Shown piece by piece: positions 23,966 to 32,027 of a stretch of 32,027 nucleotides of DNA. The notes beneath the pieces are model-generated. The model was not told where the DNA came from, made no database searches, and saw only the letters and a program-made list of their open reading frames with translations. The stretch's first letter is position 1; each line of letters starts with the position of its first letter. Position numbers and translations under genes: made by a program. This stretch comes from Nemertoderma westbladi (lineage: Eukaryota > Animalia > Xenacoelomorpha), in the NCBI GenBank assembly GCA_032718475.1, contig JAUCBJ010004951.1:1-32027 (forward strand), given 5' to 3'.

Positions 23966-26500
23966 TTATCTGTTCCTCCTCACGTCCTCTTCCCTGGCCC
24001 GTTTCTTGGTTATCACTGCTCCTCTGGCATCATCCGCTTTCTGCTTCCGGACCTTCGCTGCCACTTCCTTGCTGATCCCGGTCGTCGGCTCCTTGGGCGC
24101 TGGTGTTATTAAAGCCCGATACCGCTTCGCCGGTGGCCCCTCAGAATGGCCTGGTTGTCTCCCTCGTGTGGCGTCCCATAGGATCATCTTCATTGCCTTT
24201 GGTACGTGTTCCGCCAAGAAATCCCTAAACTCCCTCCGGTTCTCTGGTGTCCACCTGTCCAGGTACCGTTGCGTGTTCATAACTCCGGCGAACGATGCCG
24301 CCGTAGCTACCTCTTGATAGGTAAACGGTAACCTTCGCTTTATGATTTCCATGTGGGTCTCCTGGTTTATGAGGAAGAAACCCCACTTGAACTCTTGGGC
24401 CTTCATGCGCTGGCGCGTCATGGCCCCGACGTCGGCCCACTCCTCGAACCTCGTGAACTTCTCCTCGTCGCTCATCCAGTCGCACTCGCGTCCGTAGTGC
24501 CCCCGAAAGTGGCACTTTGGACATCGGTTATGCAACCGTGGACACGCCCCCATCCTGTGACTTGGTTCTCTACAGTAGAGACAAAAGGTTCCCCGTTGGA
24601 ACCGGTATAGGCAGCTGCTTTCCTGATGGGTCTGTCTCCCACAGTAGTCGCAGCCGAGTACCAATGTCTCCCGTCCCACCTCGTCCTTCGTCCCAAGCGA
24701 TCTCCGCGGTCTATGGAGTCGCTGGTAGGCAAACTTCTCCACGTTGCTCTCCCTGTTTACGTCGATCTCTCCGCCCCTCTCGGGCATCGTCTCCCCGAAT
24801 ACTATCCGTGGTGCCGTCCCCGGTTGCTCGCCCAACCTGATGGTGCTCCCCGCGAAATCCATCGCCGGCCCCTCGTGCACCCAGGTCCGCTTGCCGGATC
24901 TGTTCCAGAAGGCCCTCGCCCCACTGGCCGTCACCACCCTTCCGCCAACCCAGTCCGTGTCCGAGTGGCCTATCCTTTCGATGGGCGGCATCTCTCCGAA
25001 CTCGTCGTCGTCGTCCTCCTCTTCTGGTAGTGTCTCCAATCCCGGTATCCCGATGGATCCACTATGTCCCTTCCCGCCTTGGCTCTCGCCCGTAGCTCTC
25101 CATCCCTCTAGCTCCCTTAACTTCCTTGGCGGTTGGTCGCCCTCGGCGCCCGCTGGTATGGGCATCGTTTGCAACCCCGACGTCGACTGTTTCGGCGATC
25201 CCACCGTCCATCCCAATTCTCGTCCTAGAGACTCCCCCGAACTCCCTGACGAAGTCCAATGAAGCTCGTCTAGGCCCGCCTGTTCCTCGAAGCCATAACT
25301 CTGTGTCCTGGCCTCCTCTTCCCTCTCCTCTGCTTCTATCCTCTCCCGTCTAGCGACTTCTTCCAGTCGCTTTGCTTCCCGTCTATCCATCTCTAGCTGC
25401 TCCCATCTCTGATACGGTGTATCTGTCTCCCCATCTACCAGATGTCGGCTGTTGTAGTACACCGACTCGCCCTTCAGCCCCGGGTGGTCTACCAGACCGT
25501 CAAAGGCCGTCTTAAAGGCTCTCCTGTAGCTTAGGGGTGATCCCGATAACAGAAATGCCCCTGGTTCCCTTTCGATAACTACGGTCATGAATAAGTTAAG
25601 CAAACTTATCATCATCCAGTCCTCCTGCAGGATATATCGCTTCTGATATACCTTTATCGCTCCTCTGCGAAACTGATATACCTCCTGCTTTCCCGGTCTC
25701 GCTCCCCACTTCAGCGAGTTCGCTAGTTCTGCTCCGTATTCTTCCCTAAACTTCCCCCAATCCATTGGTTTGTGGCATACGAGCCCCAATAATTGGCCCA
25801 TCGCCACCGCCCCGCATTGGCCTGAGTTCTCGACCACCCCCAATCCATCCGGTGCCGTCATAGCCATAAAGACTTTCTGCATATCCAGGAGGTTGGTGGC
25901 GTCCGGACCGATGATCCTCTCCGCGTCCTCGCGAATCGCCGATCCCACTTTCGTCGTCGACTTCTCTCTTACTAAGACTTGTACCGCTTTCGGCAGTCGG
26001 TCTAATTTCGGCCCGTCCTTCTTCCCATACGTCCCTAGGTCGAATAAGAAGATGTCCCCATTCGGCGCGGCCAAATGTAGGAGTATGGTCCTGGCCGACC
26101 CTGCCGTTCCTCGTCTTGAACCCGCTTCGTCCTCCACGGTTCCCTCGTCGTCTAGGATCATATATCCTCCTCTGTTGACGGACTCTATGAATCTTTTCCA
26201 GTCCTTCCTCGGCGATTCCCTCGGATACTTCGGAATCCCGAACTTCGCTTCGTCCCCTTTCACCACGTAGTGGAAGTGTTGGAAGATCGCGTTGTCCAGC
26301 GACGGCATCCCGTAGGTCCCGACCAACCGCTGTTCGTGCGCCTCCCGGAAGTGATCCTGCAGCGCTCGTGCCGCGTGACCCCTTTTCAACCTCTCGTAGT
26401 ATCCTCTCGTCTTCTCCTCCGGGTGTCTTTCGGTGAAATCCACCAATATTTCTTTTCCTCCTGACTCCGCCTTTCTCTTCCTGATCAGCTTACTCGCCAT
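23966..26500 (-). CDS. Retrotransposon accessory protein: DEDDy (WRN/EXD/Mut-7-like) 3'-5' exonuclease domain plus three CCHC zinc knuckles, 844 aa
   Basis: ATG at 26500 (ggaATGG). ExoI YMILDDEG; LLHLAAPNGDIFLFDL; LPKAVQVLV; ExoII KVGSAIREDAERI; NLLDMQ; ExoIII-like YQKRYILQED. Knuckles CDYCGRQTHQESSC, CLYCREPSHRMGAC and CPKCHFRGHYGREC. Confidence 0.75.
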   Translation of the reverse strand: MASKLIRKRKAESGGKEILVDFTERHPEEKTRGYYERLKRGHAARALQDHFREAHEQRLVGTYGMPSLDNAIFQHFHYVVKGDEAKFGIPKYPRESPRKDWKRFIESVNRGGYMILDDEGTVEDEAGSRRGTAGSARTILLHLAAPNGDIFLFDLGTYGKKDGPKLDRLPKAVQVLVREKSTTKVGSAIREDAERIIGPDATNLLDMQKVFMAMTAPDGLGVVENSGQCGAVAMGQLLGLVCHKPMDWGKFREEYGAELANSLKWGARPGKQEVYQFRRGAIKVYQKRYILQEDWMMISLLNLFMTVVIEREPGAFLLSGSPLSYRRAFKTAFDGLVDHPGLKGESVYYNSRHLVDGETDTPYQRWEQLEMDRREAKRLEEVARRERIEAEEREEEARTQSYGFEEQAGLDELHWTSSGSSGESLGRELGWTVGSPKQSTSGLQTMPIPAGAEGDQPPRKLRELEGWRATGESQGGKGHSGSIGIPGLETLPEEEDDDDEFGEMPPIERIGHSDTDWVGGRVVTASGARAFWNRSGKRTWVHEGPAMDFAGSTIRLGEQPGTAPRIVFGETMPERGGEIDVNRESNVEKFAYQRLHRPRRSLGTKDEVGRETLVLGCDYCGRQTHQESSCLYRFQRGTFCLYCREPSHRMGACPRLHNRCPKCHFRGHYGRECDWMSDEEKFTRFEEWADVGAMTRQRMKAQEFKWGFFLINQETHMEIIKRRLPFTYQEVATAASFAGVMNTQRYLDRWTPENRREFRDFLAEHVPKAMKMILWDATRGRQPGHSEGPPAKRYRALITPAPKEPTTGISKEVAAKVRKQKADDARGAVITKKRAREEDVRRNR

Positions 26501-27012
26501 TCCGAACACTACACTCGCTCACCTGTGGGGTGGTGCCTTACCAAGGCGCAATACAGATGAGTGATGTATTAAGATGTTTCGTACAGTTCGATAATGGCCT
26601 ACTTTTCTACTTAACTGCGCCTTTCAAGCTTAATTTAATCTAATTAATTTCGGAGCTAGTAAATCAGCCTAATTTACAATTTCCGTCCGTTACTTTTATT
26701 ATGTTCTAGAACGACTTTCCTTGTGTTACCACTATTTTTCGATTTTAGCCCTATTCTATTTATTTATTTTATTTTGCTTTGATTCTACTGTCCTACTACT
26801 TACTACTGCCTATGGATTTATTCCATTCTCTCTCTGATCCATATTCTGGCCTACTCAGTGGGCCCATGCAGTACAGCAGTATGCGTCGTGTGGCCACACA
26901 ATTCATCCAGCTGCACTCATATGCCCCCCTCTCGCTACTAACTCTACTTACTGCTAACTAATATCTATATCCTATTTACCCTTTTACCTCTTACTCTCTC
27001 TCTCTAACTAAT

Positions 27013-27870
27013 GGTACTACGTACCCTCTAACTCTAACTCTAACTAGGTACTACGTACCTGCTAACTCTCTAACTATCGGTACTACGTACCCTCTAACTC
27101 TAACTAGGTACTACGTACCTACTAACTCTAACTCTATCTAGGTACTACGTACCTACTAACTCTCTAACTATCGGTACTACGTACCCTCTAACTCTAACTA
27201 ACTATTGGTACTACGTACCCTCTAACTCTAACTCTAACTAGGTACTACGTACCTACTAACTAACTAACTCTAGGTACTACGTACCTACTAACTAACTAAC
27301 TCTAGGTACTACGTACCTACTAACTAACTAACTCTAGGTACTACGTACCTACTAACTAACTAACTCTAGGTACTACGTACCTACTAACTATCTAACTCTA
27401 GGTACTACGTACCTACTAACTCTCTAACTAACTCTAGGTACTACGTACCTACTAACTCTCCAACTCTAGGTACTACGTACCTACTAACTCTCTAACTAAC
27501 TCTAGGTACTACGTACCTACTAACTCTCTAACTAACTCTAGGTACTACGTACCTACTAACTCTCTAACTCTAGGTACTACGTACCTACTAACTCTCTAAC
27601 TCTAGGTACTACGTACCTACTAACTCTCTAACTAACTCTAGGTACTACGTACCTACTAACTCTCTAACTAACTCTAGGTACTACGTACCTACTAACTCTC
27701 TAACTCTAGGTACTACGTACCTACTAACTCTCTAACTCTAGGTACTACGTACCTACTAACTCTCTAACTAACTCTAGGTACTACGTACCTACTAACTCTC
27801 TAACTCTAGGTACTACGTACCTACTAACTCTCTAACTAACTCTAGGTACTACGTACCTACTAACTAACTA
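27013..27870. repeat. Tandem array of 26 palindromic cores GGTAC-TAC-GTACC with (CTAA/CT)n linkers
   Basis: Counted 26 invariant GGTACTACGTACC cores, period about 28-36 bp. Confidence 0.95.
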
Positions 27871-27892
27871 GCTAACTGTGTATCTACTATAC

Positions 27893-27953
27893 TATTATTT
27901 TTATTTTATTTTTATTTTATTTGTATGGGAAGGGCGTTTCGCCCTCAATCCCA
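27893..27953 (-). terminator. Hairpin followed by clustered AATAAA signals downstream of pol
   Basis: Minus strand AGGGCG-AAA-CGCCCT (27945-27931), then aaataaaataaaaataaaataaaaaat. Confidence 0.35.
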
Positions 27954-28002
27954 CCCCCCTCAGTCCAAAACTTGGACGACTAAACCTCACTCTAACTCCG
28001 CT

Positions 28003-31000
28003 CTAAGGTGCTCCTTCTAAGAGACAGCATTTACCTACCGCTCTCCTGTAGGTTTTTCTGTCCTTCGCACCTATCCTTCCACCTATCCGCACTTCTACCG
28101 ATCGGACTCTTCCGTCCTCGTCGGAGTAGGTGCCTACAACTCTCGCCAACCGCCATTGGTTGTTGATGATAGTATCATCCGTGACGATTACGAGATCTCC
28201 CTCTCTCAACTCCCTGTTTGGCTTCCTCCACTTGCTTCGCTTATGGAGCGTGGGTAGGTATTCTTCTACCCACCTCCTCCAATACTCTGCGCTTATTGCT
28301 TTAGCGACTTTCCAACTTTGGCGGGAGTGTATGTCATCTGGGTCTACACCCCGCATATCGATGGTCGCTGGCCTTTCCATCAGAAAATGGCTAGGCGTCA
28401 ACACGTCTAATGACTCAGGGTCATCATTCTCCGGATATAGCGGTCTGCTATTAATTATCCCCTCGCACTTCGCAAGTACTGTCCGTAAGACGTCCTCAGT
28501 GACCATGTGGGTGTTCATTAACTTCGTCATTAGACGCTTTGAACTGCCCACCAATCTTTCGACGCATCCTAGTGTATGTGGTGCATACGGCGTCCGTCTC
28601 TCCCACTTTACTTGTCGTCTCCTCATGGCCGCCCTGACTTCTTCTCCCTCCAAAACGTCCAAGGCCTCTGCCATCTCATTCTCTGCGCCCACAAAGTTGG
28701 TGCCGTTATCGCTATATATCACTGCGATCGTCCCACCTTTGCGGTCCCTGAACCTTTCTAAGGCGTTAATGAACGCTGATGCGGTTGCATCTTGGGCGAG
28801 TTCTATCCCCACCGCCCGCGTATTGTTGCATACGAAGATAATGCCGTAACATTTCTCCGTGTGTCGCATCACTTTGATCTTTATCGGCCTGAACATGTCC
28901 ACACCGCAATGCGTAAATGGCGGGTCGTGCTGTCTTACCCTACTCGCCGGTAGTGGCGCCATCTCCTGTACGGCTCGTTCCTTCTTCGCTCGTCGGCAGG
29001 TCTGGCACTGCCCCACTACCGCTTTAACCTTCTTCCTTAGTTGTTTGACCCAATAGGTCCTTCTTATCTCTGTGAGGGTTCGGTTGGTGCCCCCATGCAA
29101 TATCGATTTATGGGAGTCCCATATAATCTTGTGGACTATAGGCGATCCTGTGGGAATGATGATGGGTCTCGGTGGCACGACTATACTGTTGTTATATCCC
29201 ACCCTAGAATTCATTACTAGAATCCCATCCTCGTTGAGTTGTGGCGACAGCGTAATCAACTCGCTGTCCCGTCGGAGGTGCTGTTGGTTGCCGACACGTT
29301 CCACCTCGTCGCCGTAGTTCTTCCGTTGTTCATAGCGGATTACTGCCTTGGCCGCTCCTTCCAGATCTATGGTTGTCCTGGTCTTCTTGTCCTTGCCGAC
29401 TCCCGCAAGAAAATTCCCAAAGGCTCTCCAGTACGCCACTAGTTTCTTGGTCTTATACCAACTAGAACTGTAGCTGAGGAGTTTATCCGTCGGGTTATCG
29501 CACAGTTCCCTTCCTGGTTGCACGTCCCTAATCTCCCTCACCATCTGGGAGTATATCTCTTCTCCCTCCGAATCTCCCTCTTCTCCTTCTGATACTACTT
29601 CCGAGCCCGGGTCCACCTTTCTCATCGGCGGCCAGGCCTCCCTATCGCTCAGAAATTGTGGCCCATGTTGCCACAACACTTCCTTCTTCAGGAAAGTGTG
29701 GCGTTCCACGCCCCTCGACAGCAAGTCCGCTGGGTTCTCGTCTGTTGGGCAGTAGTGCCACCTTTCTAGTTCTGTGGTTGCTCTTATTTCGTCCACTCTA
29801 TTTGCGACGAATATTGGGTATCTCGTCCTCTCGTTGTGTAGCCAACCAAGCACTACCATGGAGTCCATCCAGTAGTGTGTCTCCACTATGTTGGGAATTG
29901 TATCCACTAGGTAGGCTGTGGCTCTAACTCCTAGTCTCGCAGCTGTCAATTCTAACTTGGGAACAGATGCTGAATCTGGCGGCGTTGACTTAGCTTTGCT
30001 AAAGGCTAGTCTGGGCTTGTGAGGCCCCTCTCGTTGTACTAAATAGAGTGCCGCTCCGTATGCCTCTAACGACGCGTCGGAGAACATATGTAAGTCCAGA
30101 TTCGTCATGTTCCCGTCCGGGAAATACACTCGCGGCATGTTGTATGTTCCCATCCTCTCCAAGTCTCCTGTCCATTTGCTCCACTGTTTCTTGATGTCCT
30201 CTGGTACCTCTACATCCCACTCATCCTTCAGTTTATATACTCTCTTGAGTATCTGTTTCCCCGTGACTAGTAGTGGGGATGCTAGGCCTAGGGGATCATA
30301 TATCCTTGCTATATACGATACATAACCCCTCTTCGTATGGGTGTCTGCGCCCTCCTGGCTCAGCTGATACTTCAGTTCGTCTGTTTTCCTATCCCACACG
30401 ATTCCCAATGCCTTCTGCTGGGATTCCGTTCTCTTAATCGCCATGTCCTGTCCTTTGGCTGTTGTAGGGTTGTCCATGGTCGATTCTGGTTTCTTGTCTT
30501 CTATTTCCTTGATAAATTCTTCTGAACTGGATTGGAATTTGGTCAGGTTGAAGCCGGATCCTTTCAGGATGTCGCGAACCTCGCGCCCTGTTTCCAGTAT
30601 CTCCTCAACCGTATTTCCAGACTCCATACCGTCGTCTACGTAGAAGCCGCGTCTGATCATATCGACGGCCCTACTGCTATATCTATCTTCCTTCCCCTTT
30701 ACCGTGTCTCTCACTGCCATAGTCGTCGTAAATGAGGACGACTTGGCCCCCATGTTTTGTACTACCATCTTATATGCCGGTATTATAGGCGGTTCTTCTT
30801 CGCCGTTATACCATAAGAAGCGTTGACTATCGCTATCTTCCTCTGTTACTCGGACTTGGTTGAACATGCCTTCTATGTCACACGTGAAGGCGTGTTTCCC
30901 ATTCCTAAATCTAAGTAGTACTTCTATGCCCGAATTGTAAATATTTGGGCCTTCCAACAGGTAATCGTTTAAGCATTTTCCGTCGGTCTTTGCCGATGCA

Positions 31001-32027
31001 TCGACTACCATCCTCAGTTTACCTTTCTTTGGGTCTAATGCTACGTGGAGTGGCAGGTAGTATGTCCTGTCAGTGTTCGGTTCGTCGACCGGTAACTCCA
31101 CGGCCCATCCCTTCTCGACGTACTTCTTGATCATTTTGTGAATGTACTCGTTCTTCTCGGGGCTCCGTTGTAGTGTTTGTTTCAGCTTGGGGAGTCTCGT
31201 GAGTACCATCCTTCTATTATCGGGTAGCGGTATCTTCGGTAGTTTCCATACCATTCCTATTGTATACCGCCCCTCATCACACGTCATCGATTCCTCCACA
31301 CTTTGTAGAGCCTGCTTGTCTTCTACCGAGGTCCCGACCCCTGTCTCTTTCAGTCCCTCGAAGTCTTGTCTGAGCAGTCTTTTAAGCTGCTCCTCTGCTC
31401 CCTCGTCACCTATTTCCTGCATTGTTCCCGCGAACATGCATCCTGATGTCTCCGACATCCTGAATGGTATCTTGCTCTTAATTGGACCACTCAACGTCCA
31501 CCCGAATGGCGTTAATATGGCCACCGGGTCGCTCTGCTTGTCTTCGCCAAAGACCGTTTGCATTCTCTCGTGGGCCGTTGGGCAGTCCATGCCTACTATG
31601 ATGGATACCTTCCTAACGTCCACGTCTGGGATTGAGAAGTCAATGTTGTCCAGGAATTTGTATTGCTCGACCTCGATGTTGGTTGGCCGCCTGGCATTGA
31701 TGTTAATTGACTCTATTACTTGGATGGGGTCGATGGTTGCCCCATAATCGCATCCTGGTGCCACTGCTGCAATTGCGCACCGTCCTGTCCTCATCTCTAG
31801 GATCTCGTCTTTGCTAGAGATGGTTGTCACCGCCATCCTGCTTGGCCTCGTTCTCAACCCTATTTCTTCGGCTACCCATTCCTCAACTAATGTGAAGGCA
31901 GCTCCACTATCAACCAGCATTAGTGTTGTTACTGATCGATTGCCTTCCCCGATCACTCGTACTGGTACTACTCCAAGTAGCACTGTTCCTCTCTTCTTCG
32001 CCCCTATTGTGCTCGTTGCCATCGTCT
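28003..32027 (-). CDS. pol: BEL/Pao Pol polyprotein (protease, RT, RNase H, integrase, C-terminal domain), open to the window edge
   Basis: MLVDSGA (protease); KLRMVVDAS, DIEGMFNQV, FYVDDG (RT); IYDPLG, FSDAS, PKLELTAA, WMDS, NPADLLSRG (Pao RNase H); H..HGG..CQTC, GVDMF, SDNGTNF, VERLV (integrase); LTPSHFL, W..EYLPTL..R.KW. No stop in more than 1339 codons. Confidence 0.97.
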   Translation of the reverse strand, partial: TMATSTIGAKKRGTVLLGVVPVRVIGEGNRSVTTLMLVDSGAAFTLVEEWVAEEIGLRTRPSRMAVTTISSKDEILEMRTGRCAIAAVAPGCDYGATIDPIQVIESININARRPTNIEVEQYKFLDNIDFSIPDVDVRKVSIIVGMDCPTAHERMQTVFGEDKQSDPVAILTPFGWTLSGPIKSKIPFRMSETSGCMFAGTMQEIGDEGAEEQLKRLLRQDFEGLKETGVGTSVEDKQALQSVEESMTCDEGRYTIGMVWKLPKIPLPDNRRMVLTRLPKLKQTLQRSPEKNEYIHKMIKKYVEKGWAVELPVDEPNTDRTYYLPLHVALDPKKGKLRMVVDASAKTDGKCLNDYLLEGPNIYNSGIEVLLRFRNGKHAFTCDIEGMFNQVRVTEEDSDSQRFLWYNGEEEPPIIPAYKMVVQNMGAKSSSFTTTMAVRDTVKGKEDRYSSRAVDMIRRGFYVDDGMESGNTVEEILETGREVRDILKGSGFNLTKFQSSSEEFIKEIEDKKPESTMDNPTTAKGQDMAIKRTESQQKALGIVWDRKTDELKYQLSQEGADTHTKRGYVSYIARIYDPLGLASPLLVTGKQILKRVYKLKDEWDVEVPEDIKKQWSKWTGDLERMGTYNMPRVYFPDGNMTNLDLHMFSDASLEAYGAALYLVQREGPHKPRLAFSKAKSTPPDSASVPKLELTAARLGVRATAYLVDTIPNIVETHYWMDSMVVLGWLHNERTRYPIFVANRVDEIRATTELERWHYCPTDENPADLLSRGVERHTFLKKEVLWQHGPQFLSDREAWPPMRKVDPGSEVVSEGEEGDSEGEEIYSQMVREIRDVQPGRELCDNPTDKLLSYSSSWYKTKKLVAYWRAFGNFLAGVGKDKKTRTTIDLEGAAKAVIRYEQRKNYGDEVERVGNQQHLRRDSELITLSPQLNEDGILVMNSRVGYNNSIVVPPRPIIIPTGSPIVHKIIWDSHKSILHGGTNRTLTEIRRTYWVKQLRKKVKAVVGQCQTCRRAKKERAVQEMAPLPASRVRQHDPPFTHCGVDMFRPIKIKVMRHTEKCYGIIFVCNNTRAVGIELAQDATASAFINALERFRDRKGGTIAVIYSDNGTNFVGAENEMAEALDVLEGEEVRAAMRRRQVKWERRTPYAPHTLGCVERLVGSSKRLMTKLMNTHMVTEDVLRTVLAKCEGIINSRPLYPENDDPESLDVLTPSHFLMERPATIDMRGVDPDDIHSRQSWKVAKAISAEYWRRWVEEYLPTLHKRSKWRKPNRELREGDLVIVTDDTIINNQWRLARVVGTYSDEDGRVRSVEVRIGGRIGAKDRKTYRRAVGKCCLLEGAP

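Larger units (their letters stand above)
22656..32027 (-). mobile_element. BEL/Pao LTR retrotransposon, 3' part: pol, repeat array, extra ORF, PPT, 3' LTR
   Basis: PR-RT-RH-IN order with Pao signatures; same-strand ORF2; uniform purine-rich minus strand; the convincing PPT/LTR junction lies downstream of ORF2. Gag and the 5' LTR are outside the window. Confidence 0.85.

Noticed and set aside
23966-26500. ORF2 as an envelope gene
   Set aside because: No signal peptide or C-terminal transmembrane anchor; the one hydrophobic stretch is the helix after ExoIII.
27013-27870. CRISPR array
   Set aside because: The core is only 13-17 bp, linkers are near-identical low-complexity CTAA/CT runs rather than unique spacers, there are no cas genes, and the context is eukaryotic.
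27950-28002. PPT and LTR directly after pol
   Set aside because: A G-rich tract exists on the minus strand, but it is followed by an A-tract and the repeat array rather than an LTR-like sequence; the junction at 23256 fits better.
23904-31747. Numerous plus-strand ORFs opposite ORF2 and pol
   Set aside because: Ser/Leu/Pro-rich antisense shadows of a purine-rich coding strand, with no motifs.

Overview
AT-rich eukaryotic (probably invertebrate) DNA made almost entirely of transposon material; I see no recognisable host gene. Bases 1-12.4 kb are a nested set of decayed elements: RTE-type LINE pieces, two different Helitron Rep fragments, a Gypsy RNase H scrap, a Chapaev3-like transposase scrap, an unclassified transposase-like pseudogene and MITE-like pieces. 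An orphan GC-richer coding block lies at 13.1-15.6 kb, and a higher-order satellite at 16.6-20.9 kb is interrupted by a ~516-bp inverted-repeat element. The main feature (22.66 kb to the window end, minus strand) is an apparently intact BEL/Pao LTR retrotransposon. Its pol is followed by 26 tandem copies of a palindromic 13-mer, then an 844-aa extra ORF in the env position that looks like a WRN/EXD/Mut-7-type DEDDy 3'-5' exonuclease fused to three CCHC zinc knuckles, then a hairpin, the PPT and a ~601-bp 3' LTR. All domain calls come from motif recognition by eye, not from database searches.
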